Assembly (NCBI GenBank): GCA_964016885.1
Contig: OZ024740.1
Span: 421,662,001 to 421,726,000 of the forward strand
Direction of reading: 5' to 3'
DNA length: 64,000 nt
Source: Eledone cirrhosa
Taxonomy: Eukaryota
The position numbers and the translations under genes are program-made. Position 1 is the stretch's first letter. Each line of letters opens with the position of its first letter. Shown in pieces: positions 29,640 to 45,300 of the stretch. Under the pieces are notes generated by a model. The model did no database searches. It was not told the DNA's origin and saw only the letters and a program-made list of their open reading frames with translations.

Positions 29640-32600
29640 AAGGTGGATTAACAGATATACGTGTCATATTAAACCTACATAGAAAGGTGGATTAACTTAG
29701 ATATGTGTGTCATATTAAACCTAAATAGAAAGGTGGATTAACATAGATATATGTGTCATATTAAACCTACATAGAAAGGTGAATTAACTTAGATATGTGT
29801 CATATTAAACCTTCATGGAAAGGTGGATTAACATAGATATATGTGTCATATTAAACCTACATAGAAAGGTGGATTAACATAGATATATGTGTCATATTAA
29901 ACCTACATAGAAAGGTGGAGTAACATAGATATATGTGTCATATTAAACCTACATAGAAAGGTGGATTAACATAGATATATGTGTCATATAAAACCAACAT
30001 AGAAAGGTGGATTAACATAGATATACGTGTCATATTAAACCTACATAGAAAGGTGAATTAACTTAGATATATGTGTCATATTAAACCTACATAGAAAGGT
30101 GGATTAACATAGATATATGTGTCATATTAAACCTACATAGAAAGGTGGATTAACATAGATATATGTGTCATATTAAACCTACATAGAAAGGTGAATTAAC
30201 TTAGATATATGTGTCATATTAAACCTACATAGAAAGGTGAATTAACTTAGATATATGTGTCATATTAAACCTACATAGAAAGGTGGATTAACATAGATAT
30301 ATGTGTCATATTAAACCTACATAGAAAGGTGAATTAACTTAGATATATGTGTCATATTAAACCAACATAGAAAGGTGGATTAACATAGATATACGTGTCA
30401 TATTAAACCTACATAGAAAGGTGAATTAACGTAGATATATGTGTCATATTAAACCTACATAGAAAGGTGGATTAATATAGATATATGTGTCATATTAAAC
30501 CTACATAGAAAGGTGGATTAACATAGATATATGTGTCATATTAAACCTACATAGAAAGGTGAATTAACTTAGATATATGTGTCATATTAAACCTACATAG
30601 AAAGGTAGATTAACTTAGATATATGTGTCATATTAAACCTACATAGAAAGATGAATTAACTTAGATATATGTGTCATATTAAACCTACATAGAAAGGTGA
30701 ATTAACTTAGATATATGTGTCATATTAAACCTACATAGAAAGGTGGATTAACTTAGATATGTGTGTCATATTAAACCTACATAGAAAGGTGAATTAACTT
30801 AGATATATGTGTCATATTAAACCTAAATAGAAAGGTGGATTAACATAGATATATGTGTCATATTAAACCTACATAGAAAGGTGAATTAACTTAGATATAT
30901 GTGTCATATTAAACCTTCATGGAAAGGTGGATTAACATAGATATATGTGTCATATTAAACCTACATAGAAAGGTGGATTAACATAGATATATGTGTCATA
31001 TTAAACCTTCATAGAAAGGTGAATTAACTTAGATATATGTGTCATATTAAACCTACATAGAAAGGTGGATTAACATAGATATATGTGTCATATTAAACCT
31101 ACATAGAAAGGTGGATTAACATAGATATATGTGTCATATTAAACCTACATAGAAAGGTGAATTAACTTAGATATGTGTCATATTAAACCTACATAGAAAG
31201 GTGGATTAACTTAGATAGGTGTGTCATATTAAACCTACATAGAAAGGTGAATTAACTTAGATATATGTGTCATATTAAACCTACATAGAAAGGTGAATTA
31301 ACTTAGATATATGTGTCATATTAAACCTACATAGAAAGGTGGATTAACATAGATATATGTGTCATATTAAACCTACATAGAAAGGTGAATTAACTTAGAT
31401 ATATGTGTCATATTAAACCTACATAGAAAGGTGGATTAACATAGATATATGTGTCATATTAAACCTACATAGAAAGGTGGAGTAACATAGATATATGTGT
31501 CATATTAAACCTACATAGAAAGGTGGATTAACATAGATATATGTGTCATATAAAACCAACATAGAAAGGTGGATTAACATAGATATACGTGTCATATTAA
31601 ACCTACATAGAAAGGTGAATTAACTTAGATATATGTGTCATATTAAACCTACATAGAAAGGTGGATTAATATAGATATATGTGTCATATTAAACCTACAT
31701 AGAAAGGTGGATTAACATAGATATATGTGTCATATTAAACCTACATAGAAAGGTGAATTAACTTAGATATATGTGTCATATTAAACCTACATAGAAAGGT
31801 GGATTAACTTAGATATATGTGTCATATTAAACCTACATAGAAAGATGAATTAACTTAGATATATGTGTCATATTAAACCTACATAGAAAGGTGAATTAAC
31901 TTAGATATATGTGTCATATTAAACCTACATAGAAAGGTGGATTAACTTAGATATGTGTGTCATATTAAACCTACATAGAAAGGTGAATTAACTTAGATAT
32001 ATGTGTCATATTAAACCTAAATAGAAAGGTGGATTAACATAGATATATGTGTCATATTAAACCTACATAGAAAGGTGAATTAACTTAGATATATGTGTCA
32101 TATTAAACCTTCATGGAAAGGTGGATTAACATAGATATATGTGTCATATTAAACCTACATAGAAAGGTGGATTAACATAGATATATGTGTCATATTAAAC
32201 CTTCATAGAAAGGTGAATTAACTTAGATATATGTGTCATATTAAACCTACATAGAAAGGTGGATTAACATAGATATATGTGTCATATTAAACCTACATAG
32301 AAAGGTGGATTAACATAGATATATGTGTCATATTAAACCTACATAGAAAGGTGAATTAACTTAGATATGTGTCATATTAAACCTACATAGAAAGGTGGAT
32401 TAACTTAGATAGGTGTGTCATATGAAACCTAAATAGAAAGGTGGATTAACATAGATATATGTGTCATATTAAACCTACATAGAAAGGTGAATTAACTTAG
32501 ATATGTGTCATATTAAACCTTCATGGAAAGATGGATTAACATAGATATATATGTGTCATATTAAACCTACATAGAAAGGTGGATTAACATAGATATATGT

Positions 32601-35600
32601 GTCATATTAAACCTACATAGAAAGGTGGAGTAACATAGATATATGTGTCATATTAAACCTACATAGAAAGGTGGATTAACATAGATATATGTGTCATATT
32701 AAACCAACATAGAAAGGTGGATTAACATAGATATACGTGTCATATTAAACCTACATAGAAAGGTGAATTAACTTAGATATATGTGTCATATTAAACCTAC
32801 ATAGAAAGGTGGATTAACATAGATATATGTGTCATATTAAACATACATAGAAAGGTGGATTAACAGATATACGTGTCATATTAAACCTACATAGAAAGGT
32901 GGATTAACTTAGATATGTGTGTCATATTAAACCTAAATAGAAAGGTGGATTAACATAGATATATGTGTCATATTAAACCTACATAGAAAGGTGAATTAAC
33001 TTAGATATGTGTCATATTAAACCTTCATGGAAAGGTGGATTAACATAGATATATGTGTCATATTAAACCTACATAGAAAGGTGGATTAACATAGATATAT
33101 GTGTCATATTAAACCTACATAGAAAGGTGGAGTAACATAGATATATGTGTCATATTAAACCTACATAGAAAGGTGGATTAACATAGATATATGTGTCATA
33201 TAAAACCAACATAGAAAGGTGGATTAACATAGATATACGTGTCATATTAAACCTACATAGAAAGGTGAATTAACTTAGATATATGTGTCATATTAAACCT
33301 ACATAGAAAGGTGGATTAACATAGATATATGTGTCATATTAAACCTACATAGAAAGGTGGATTAACATAGATATATGTGTCATATTAAACCTACATAGAA
33401 AGGTGAATTAACTTAGATATATGTGTCATATTAAACCTACATAGAAAGGTGAATTAACTTAGATATATGTGTCATATTAAACCTACATAGAAAGGTGGAT
33501 TAACATAGATATATGTGTCATATTAAACCTACATAGAAAGGTGAATTAACTTAGATATATGTGTCATATTAAACCAACATAGAAAGGTGGATTAACATAG
33601 ATATACGTGTCATATTAAACCTACATAGAAAGGTGAATTAACGTAGATATATGTGTCATATTAAACCTACATAGAAAGGTGGATTAATATAGATATATGT
33701 GTCATATTAAACCTACATAGAAAGGTGGATTAACATAGATATATGTGTCATATTAAACCTACATAGAAAGGTGAATTAACTTAGATATATGTGTCATATT
33801 AAACCTACATAGAAAGGTAGATTAACTTAGATATATGTGTCATATTAAACCTACATAGAAAGATGAATTAACTTAGATATATGTGTCATATTAAACCTAC
33901 ATAGAAAGGTGAATTAACTTAGATATATGTGTCATATTAAACCTACATAGAAAGGTGGATTAACTTAGATATGTGTGTCATATTAAACCTACATAGAAAG
34001 GTGAATTAACTTAGATATATGTGTCATATTAAACCTAAATAGAAAGGTGGATTAACATAGATATATGTGTCATATTAAACCTACATAGAAAGGTGAATTA
34101 ACTTAGATATATGTGTCATATTAAACCTTCATGGAAAGGTGGATTAACATAGATATATGTGTCATATTAAACCTACATAGAAAGGTGGATTAACATAGAT
34201 ATATGTGTCATATTAAACCTTCATAGAAAGGTGAATTAACTTAGATATATGTGTCATATTAAACCTACATAGAAAGGTGGATTAACATAGATATATGTGT
34301 CATATTAAACCTACATAGAAAGGTGGATTAACATAGATATATGTGTCATATTAAACCTACATAGAAAGGTGAATTAACTTAGATATGTGTCATATTAAAC
34401 CTACATAGAAAGGTGGATTAACTTAGATAGGTGTGTCATATTAAACCTACATAGAAAGGTGAATTAACTTAGATATATGTGTCATATTAAACCTACATAG
34501 AAAGGTGAATTAACTTAGATATATGTGTCATATTAAACCTACATAGAAAGGTGGATTAACATAGATATATGTGTCATATTAAACCTACATAGAAAGGTGA
34601 ATTAACTTAGATATATGTGTCATATTAAACCTACATAGAAAGGTGGATTAACATAGATATATGTGTCATATTAAACCTACATAGAAAGGTGGAGTAACAT
34701 AGATATATGTGTCATATTAAACCTACATAGAAAGGTGGATTAACATAGATATATGTGTCATATAAAACCAACATAGAAAGGTGGATTAACATAGATATAT
34801 GTGTCATATTAAACCTACATAGAAAGGTGGATTAACATAGATATATGTGTCATATTAAACCTACATAGAAAGGTGGATTAATATAGATATATGTGTCATA
34901 TTAAACCTACATAGAAAGGTGGATTAACATAGATATATGTGTCATATTAAACCTACATAGAAAGGTGAATTAACTTAGATATATGTGTCATATTAAACCT
35001 ACATAGAAAGGTGGATTAACTTAGATATATGTGTCATATTAAACCTACATAGAAAGATGAATTAACTTAGATATATGTGTCATATTAAACCTACATAGAA
35101 AGGTGAATTAACTTAGATATATGTGTCATATTAAACCTACATAGAAAGGTGGATTAACTTAGATATGTGTGTCATATTAAACCTACATAGAAAGGTGAAT
35201 TAACTTAGATATATGTGTCATATTAAACCTAAATAGAAAGGTGGATTAACATAGATATATGTGTCATATTAAACCTACATAGAAAGGTGAATTAACTTAG
35301 ATATATGTGTCATATTAAACCTTCATGGAAAGGTGGATTAACATAGATATATGTGTCATATTAAACCTACATAGAAAGGTGGATTAACATAGATATATGT
35401 GTCATATTAAACCTTCATAGAAAGGTGAATTAACTTAGATATATGTGTCATATTAAACCTACATAGAAAGGTGGATTAACATAGATATATGTGTCATATT
35501 AAACCTACATAGAAAGGTGGATTAACATAGATATATGTGTCATATTAAACCTACATAGAAAGGTGAATTAACTTAGATATGTGTCATATTAAACCTACAT

Positions 35601-36065
35601 AGAAAGGTGGATTAACTTAGATAGGTGTGTCATATGAAACCTAAATAGAAAGGTGGATTAACATAGATATATGTGTCATATTAAACCTACATAGAAAGGT
35701 GAATTAACTTAGATATGTGTCATATTAAACCTTCATGGAAAGATGGATTAACATAGATATATATGTGTCATATTAAACCTACATAGAAAGGTGGATTAAC
35801 ATAGATATATGTGTCATATTAAACCTACATAGAAAGGTGGAGTAACATAGATATATGTGTCATATTAAACCTACATAGAAAGGTGGATTAACATAGATAT
35901 ATGTGTCATATTAAACCAACATAGAAAGGTGGATTAACATAGATATACGTGTCATATTAAACCTACATAGAAAGGTGAATTAACTTAGATATATGTGTCA
36001 TATTAAACCTACATAGAAAGGTGGATTAACATAGATATATGTGTCATATTAAACATACATAGAAA
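29640..36065. repeat. Tandem higher-order duplication, 3,212 bp (70 monomers, net -8 bp), two copies
   Basis: AACAGATATAC deletion 29651/32863, AACGTAG 30431/33643, CATATAAAACCAAC 31552/34764, CATATGAAAC 32424/35636, AAAGATGG 32531/35743 and AAACATAC 32843/36055 are all +3212. Confidence 0.92.
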
Positions 36066-39000
36066 GGTGGATTAACATAGATATATGTGTCATATTAAAC
36101 CTACATAGAAAGGTGAATTAACTTAGATATATGTGTCATATTAAACCTACATAGAAAGGTGAATTAACTTAGATATATGTGTCATATTAAACCTACATAG
36201 AAAGGTGGATTAACATAGATATATGTGTCATATTAAACCTACATAGAAAGGTGAATTAACTTAGATATATGTGTCATATTAAACCATAGAAAGGTGGATT
36301 AACATAGATATACGTGTCATATTAAACCTACATAGAAAGGTGAATTAACTTAGATATATGTGTCATATTAAACCAACATAGAAAGGTGGATTAACATACA
36401 TATATGTGTCATATTAAACCTACATAGAAAGGTGAATTAACTTAGATATATGTGTCATATTAAACTTACATAGAAAGGTGAATTAACTTAGATATGTGTC
36501 ATATTAAACCTTCATGGAAAGGTGGATTAACTTAGATATGTGTGTCATATTAAACCTAAATGGAAGGGTGGATTAACATAGATATATGTGTCATATTAAA
36601 CCTACATAGAAAGGTGAATTAACTTAGATATATGTGTCATATTAAACCTACATAGAAAGGTGAATTAACTTAGATATATGTGTCATATGAAACCTACATA
36701 GAAAGGTGGATTAACTTAGATATGTGTGTCATATTAAACCTACATAGAAAGATGAATTAACTTAGATATATGTGTCATATTAAACCTAAATAGAAAGGTG
36801 GATTAACATAGATATATGTGTCATATTAAACCTACATAGAAAGGTGAATTAACTTAGATATATGTGTCATATTAAACCTTCATGGAAAGGTGGATTACCA
36901 TAGATATATGTGTCATATTAAACCTACATAGAAAGGTGGATTAACATAGATATATGTGTCATATTAAACCTTCATAGAAAGGTGGATTAACTTAGATATG
37001 TGTGTCATATTAAACCTAAATAGAAGGGTGGATTAACATAGATATATGTGTCATATTAAACCTAAATAGAAAGGTGGATTAACATAGATATATGTGTCAT
37101 ATTAAACCTACATAGAAAGGTGAATTAACTTAGATATGTGTCATATTAAACCTTCATCGAAAGGTGGATTAACATAGATATATGTGTCATATTAAACCTA
37201 CATAGAAAGGTGGATTAACATAGATATATGTGTCATATTAAACCTACATAGAAAGGTGGATTAACATAGATATATGTGTCATATTAAACCTACATAGAAA
37301 GGTGAATTAACTTAGATATATGTGTCATATTAAACCTACATAGAAAGGTAGATTAACTTAGATATATGTGTCATATTAAACCTACATAGAAAGATGAATT
37401 AACTTAGATATATGTGTCATATTAAACCTACATAGAAAGGTGAATTAACTTAGATATATGTGTCATATTAAACCTACATGGAAAGGTGGATTAACATAGA
37501 TATATGTGTCATATTAAACCTACATAGAAAGGTGGATTAACATAGATATATGTGTCATATTAAACCTACATAGAAAGGTGGAGTAACATAGATATATGTG
37601 TCATATTAAACCTACATAGAAAGGTGGATTAACATAGATATATGTGTCATATAAAACCAACATAGAAAGGTGGATTAACATAGATATACGTGTCATATTA
37701 AACCTACATAGAAAGGTGAATTAACTTAGATATATGTGTCATATTAAACCTACATAGAAAGGTGGATTAACATAGATATATGTGTCATATTAAACCTACA
37801 TAGAAAGGTGGATTAACATAGATATATGTGTCATATTAAACCTACATAGAAAGGTGAATTAACTTAGATATATGTGTCATATTAAACCTACATAGAAAGG
37901 TGAACTAACTTAGATATATGTGTCATATTAAACCTACATAGAAAGGTGGATTAACATAGATATATGTGTCATATTAAACCTACATAGAAAGGTGAATTAA
38001 CTTAGATATATGTGTCATATTAAACCAACATAGAAAGGTGGATTAACATAGATATACGTGTCATATTAAACCTACATAGAAAGGTGAATTAACTTAGATA
38101 TATGTGTCATATTAAACCTACATAGAAAGGTGGATTAATATAGATATATGTGTCATATTAAACCTACATAGAAAGGTGGATTAACATAGATATATGTGTC
38201 ATATTAAACCTACATAGAAAGGTGAATTAACTTAGATATATGTGTCATATTAAACCTACATAGAAAGGTAGATTAACTTAGATATATGTGTCATATTAAA
38301 CCTACATAGAAAGATGAATTAACTTAGATATATGTGTCATATTAAACCTACATAGAAAGGTGAATTAACTTAGATATATGTGTCATATTAAACCTACATA
38401 GAAAGGTGGATTAACTTAGATATGTGTGTCATATTAAACCTACATAGAAAGGTGAATTAACTTAGATATATGTGTCATATTAAACCTAAATAGAAAGGTG
38501 GATTAACATAGATATATGTGTCATATTAAACCTACATAGAAAGGTGAATTAACTTAGATATGTGTCATATTAAACCTACATAGAAAGGTGGATTAACTTA
38601 GATAGGTGTGTCATATTAAACCTACATAGAAAGGTGAATTAACTTAGATATATGTGTCATATTAAACCTACATAGAAAGGTGAATTAACTTAGATATATG
38701 TGTCATATTAAACCAACATAGAAAGGTGGATTAACATAGATATACGTGTCATATTAAACCTACATAGAAAGGTGGATTAATATAGATATATGTGTCATAT
38801 TAAACCTACATAGAAAGGTGGATTAACATAGATATATGTGTCATATTAAACCTACATAGAAAGGTGGATTAACATAGATATATGTGTCATATTAAACCTA
38901 CATAGAAAGGTGGATTAACATAGATATACGTGTCATATTAAACCTACATAGAAAGGTGGATTAACTTAGATATGTGTGTCATATTAAACCTAAATAGAAA

Positions 39001-42000
39001 GGTGGATTAACATAGATATATGTGTCATATTAAACCTACATAGAAAGGTGAATTAACTTAGATATGTGTCATATTAAACCTTCATGGAAAGGTGGATTAA
39101 CATAGATATATGTGTCATATTAAACCTACATAGAAAGGTGGATTAACATAGATATATGTGTCATATTAAACCTACATAGAAAGGTGGAGTAACATAGATA
39201 TATGTGTCATATTAAACCTACATAGAAAGGTGGATTAACATAGATATATGTGTCATATAAAACCAACATAGAAAGGTGGATTAACATAGATATACGTGTC
39301 ATATTAAACCTACATAGAAAGGTGAATTAACTTAGATATATGTGTCATATTAAACCTACATAGAAAGGTGGATTAACATAGATATATGTGTCATATTAAA
39401 CCTACATAGAAAGGTGGATTAACATAGATATATGTGTCATATTAAACCTACATAGAAAGGTGAATTAACTTAGATATATGTGTCATATTAAACCTACATA
39501 GAAAGGTGAATTAACTTAGATATATGTGTCATATTAAACCTACATAGAAAGGTGGATTAACATAGATATATGTGTCATATTAAACCTACATAGAAAGGTG
39601 AATTAACTTAGATATATGTGTCATATTAAACCAACATAGAAAGGTGGATTAACATAGATATACGTGTCATATTAAACCTACATAGAAAGGTGAATTAACG
39701 TAGATATATGTGTCATATTAAACCTACATAGAAAGGTGGATTAATATAGATATATGTGTCATATTAAACCTACATAGAAAGGTGGATTAACATAGATATA
39801 TGTGTCATATTAAACCTACATAGAAAGGTGAATTAACTTAGATATATGTGTCATATTAAACCTACATAGAAAGGTAGATTAACTTAGATATATGTGTCAT
39901 ATTAAACCTACATAGAAAGATGAATTAACTTAGATATATGTGTCATATTAAACCTACATAGAAAGGTGAATTAACTTAGATATATGTGTCATATTAAACC
40001 TACATAGAAAGGTGGATTAACTTAGATATGTGTGTCATATTAAACCTACATAGAAAGGTGAATTAACTTAGATATATGTGTCATATTAAACCTAAATAGA
40101 AAGGTGGATTAACATAGATATATGTGTCATATTAAACCTACATAGAAAGGTGAATTAACTTAGATATATGTGTCATATTAAACCTTCATGGAAAGGTGGA
40201 TTAACATAGATATATGTGTCATATTAAACCTACATAGAAAGGTGGATTAACATAGATATATGTGTCATATTAAACCTTCATAGAAAGGTGAATTAACTTA
40301 GATATATGTGTCATATTAAACCTACATAGAAAGGTGGATTAACATAGATATATGTGTCATATTAAACCTACATAGAAAGGTGGATTAACATAGATATATG
40401 TGTCATATTAAACCTACATAGAAAGGTGAATTAACTTAGATATGTGTCATATTAAACCTACATAGAAAGGTGGATTAACTTAGATAGGTGTGTCATATTA
40501 AACCTACATAGAAAGGTGAATTAACTTAGATATATGTGTCATATTAAACCTACATAGAAAGGTGAATTAACTTAGATATATGTGTCATATTAAACCAACA
40601 TAGAAAGGTGGATTAACATAGATATACGTGTCATATTAAACCTACATAGAAAGGTGGATTAATATAGATATATGTGTCATATTAAACCTACATAGAAAGG
40701 TGGATTAACATAGATATATGTGTCATATTAAACCTACATAGAAAGGTGAATTAACTTAGATATATGTGTCATATTAAACCTACATAGAAAGGTGGATTAA
40801 CATAGATATATGTGTCATATTAAACCTACATAGAAAGGTGAATTAACTTAGATATATGTGTCATATTAAACCTACATAGAAAGGTGAATTAACTTAGATA
40901 TATGTGTCATATTAAACCTACATAGAAAGGTGGATTAACATAGATATATGTGTCATATTAAACCTACATAGAAAGGTGAATTAACTTAGATATATGTGTC
41001 ATATTAAACCAACATAGAAAGGTGGATTAACATAGATATACGTGTCATATTAAACCTACATAGAAAGGTGTATTAACTTAGATATATGTGTCATATTAAA
41101 CCTACATAGAAAGGTGGATTAATATAGATATATGTGTCATATTAAACCTACATAGAAAGGTGGATTAACATAGATATATGTGTCATATTAAACCTACATA
41201 GAAAGGTGAATTAACTTAGATATATGTGTCATATTAAACCTACATAGAAAGGTGGATTAACTTAGATATATGTGTCATATTAAACCTACATAGAAAGATG
41301 AATTAACTTAGATATATGTGTCCTATTAAACCTACATAGAAAGGTGGATTAACATAGATATATGTGTCATATTAAACCTACATAGAAAGGTGAATTAACT
41401 TAGATATATGTGTCATATTAAACCTACATAGAAAGGTGAATTAACATAGATATATGTGTCATATTAAACCTACATAGAAAGGTGAATTAACTTAGATATA
41501 TGTGTCATATTAAACCAACATAGAAAGGTGGATTAACATAGATATACGTGTCATATTAAACCTACATAGAAAGGTGAATTAACTTAGATATATGTGTCAT
41601 ATTAAACCTACATAGAAAGGTGGATTAATATAGATATATGTGTCATATTAAACCTACATAGAAAGGTGGATTAACATAGATATATGTGTCATATTAAACC
41701 TACATAGAAAGGTGAATTAACTTAGATATATGTGTCATATTAAACCTACATAGAAAGGTGGATTAACTTAGATATATGTGTCATATTAAACCTACATAGA
41801 AAGATGAATTAACTTAGATATATGTGTCATATTAAACCTACATAGAAAGGTGAATTAACTTAGATATATGTGTCATATTAAACCTACATAGAAAGGTGGA
41901 TTAACTTAGATATGTGTGTCATATTAAACCTACATAGAAAGGTGAATTAACTTAGATATATGTGTCATATTAAACCTAAATAGAAAGGTGGATTAACATA

Positions 42001-42399
42001 GATATATGTGTCATATTAAACCTACATAGAAAGGTGAATTAACTTAGATATATGTGTCATATTAAACCTTCATGGAAAGGTGGATTAACATAGATATATG
42101 TGTCATATTAAACCTACATAGAAAGGTGGATTAACATAGATATATGTGTCATATTAAACCTTCATAGAAAGGTGAATTAACTTAGATATATGTGTCATAT
42201 TAAACCTACATAGAAAGGTGGATTAACATAGATATATGTGTCATATTAAACCTACATAGAAAGGTGGATTAACATAGATATATGTGTCATATTAAACCTA
42301 CATAGAAAGGTGAATTAACTTAGATATGTGTCATATTAAACCTACATAGAAAGGTGGATTAACTTAGATAGGTGTGTCATATGAAACCTAAATAGAAAG

Positions 42400-45300
42400 G
42401 TGGATTAACATAGATATATGTGTCATATTAAACCTACATAGAAAGGTGAATTAACTTAGATATGTGTCATATTAAACCTTCATGGAAAGGTGGATTAACA
42501 TAGATATATGTGTCATATTAAACCTACATAGAAAGGTGGATTAACATAGATATATGTGTCATATTAAACCTACATAGAAAGGTGGAGTAACATAGATATA
42601 TGTGTCATATTAAACCTACATAGAAAGGTGGATTAACATAGATATATGTGTCATATTAAACCAACATAGAAAGGTGGATTAACATAGATATACGTGTCAT
42701 ATTAAACCTACATAGAAAGGTGAATTAACTTAGATATATGTGTCATATTAAACCTACATAGAAAGGTGGATTAACATAGATATATGTGTCATATTAAACA
42801 TACATAGAAAGGTGGATTAACATAGATATATGTGTCATATTAAACCTACATAGAAAGGTGAATTAACTTAGATATATGTGTCATATTAAACCTACATAGA
42901 AAGGTGAATTAACTTAGATATATGTGTCATATTAAACCTACATAGAAAGGTGGATTAACATAGATATATGTGTCATATTAAACCTACATAGAAAGGTGAA
43001 TTAACTTAGATATATGTGTCATATTAAACCATAGAAAGGTGGATTAACATAGATATACGTGTCATATTAAACCTACATAGAAAGGTGAATTAACTTAGAT
43101 ATATGTGTCATATTAAACCAACATAGAAAGGTGGATTAACATACATATATGTGTCATATTAAACCTACATAGAAAGGTGAATTAACTTAGATATATGTGT
43201 CATATTAAACTTACATAGAAAGGTGGATTAACTTAGATATATGTGTCATATTAAACCTACATAGAAAGGTGAATTAACTTAGATATATGTGTCATATTAA
43301 ACCTAAATAGAAAGGTGGATTAACATAGATATATGTGTCATATTAAACCTACATAGAAAGGTGAATTAACTTAGATATGTGTCATATTAAACCTTCATGG
43401 AAAGGTGGATTAACTTAGATATGTGTGTCATATTAAACCTAAATGGAAGGGTGGATTAACATAGATATATGTGTCATATTAAACCTACATAGAAAGGTGA
43501 ATTAACTTAGATATATGTGTCATATTAAACCTACATAGAAAGGTGAATTAACTTAGATATATGTGTCATATTAAACCTACATAGAAAGGTGGATTAACTT
43601 AGATATGTGTGTCATATTAAACCTACATAGAAAGATGAATTAACTTAGATATATGTGTCATATTAAACCTAAATAGAAAGGTGGATTAACATAGATATAT
43701 GTGTCATATTAAACCTACATAGAAAGGTGAATTAACTTAGATATATGTGTCATATTAAACCTTCATGGAAAGGTGGATTACCATAGATATATGTGTCATA
43801 TTAAACCTACATAGAAAGGTGGATTAACATAGATATATGTGTCATATTAAACCTTCATAGAAAGGTGGATTAACTTAGATATGTGTGTCATATTAAACCT
43901 AAATAGAAGGGTGGATTAACATAGATATATGTGTCATATTAAACCTAAATAGAAAGGTGGATTAACATAGATATATGTGTCATATTAAACCTACATAGAA
44001 AGGTGAATTAACTTAGATATGTGTCATATTAAACCTTCATCGAAAGGTGGATTAACATAGATATATGTGTCATATTAAACCTACATAGAAAGGTGGATTA
44101 ACATAGATATATGTGTCATATTAAACCTACATAGAAAGGTGGATTAACATAGATATATGTGTCATATTAAACCTACATAGAAAGGTGAATTAACTTAGAT
44201 ATATGTGTCATATTAAACCTACATAGAAAGGTAGATTAACTTAGATATATGTGTCATATTAAACCTACATAGAAAGATGAATTAACTTAGATATATGTGT
44301 CATATTAAACCTACATAGAAAGGTGAATTAACTTAGATATATGTGTCATATTAAACCTACATGGAAAGGTGGATTAACATAGATATATGTGTCATATTAA
44401 ACCTACATAGAAAGGTGGATTAACATAGATATATGTGTCATATTAAACCTACATAGAAAGGTGGAGTAACATAGATATATGTGTCATATTAAACCTACAT
44501 AGAAAGGTGGATTAACATAGATATATGTGTCATATAAAACCAACATAGAAAGGTGGATTAACATAGATATACGTGTCATATTAAACCTACATAGAAAGGT
44601 GAATTAACTTAGATATATGTGTCATATTAAACCTACATAGAAAGGTGGATTAACATAGATATATGTGTCATATTAAACCTACATAGAAAGGTGGATTAAC
44701 ATAGATATATGTGTCATATTAAACCTACATAGAAAGGTGAATTAACTTAGATATATGTGTCATATTAAACCTACATAGAAAGGTGAACTAACTTAGATAT
44801 ATGTGTCATATTAAACCTACATAGAAAGGTGGATTAACATAGATATATGTGTCATATTAAACCTACATAGAAAGGTGAATTAACTTAGATATATGTGTCA
44901 TATTAAACCAACATAGAAAGGTGGATTAACATAGATATACGTGTCATATTAAACCTACATAGAAAGGTGAATTAACTTAGATATATGTGTCATATTAAAC
45001 CTACATAGAAAGGTGGATTAATATAGATATATGTGTCATATTAAACCTACATAGAAAGGTGGATTAACATAGATATATGTGTCATATTAAACCTACATAG
45101 AAAGGTGAATTAACTTAGATATATGTGTCATATTAAACCTACATAGAAAGGTAGATTAACTTAGATATATGTGTCATATTAAACCTACATAGAAAGATGA
45201 ATTAACTTAGATATATGTGTCATATTAAACCTACATAGAAAGGTGAATTAACTTAGATATATGTGTCATATTAAACCTACATAGAAAGGTGGATTAACTT

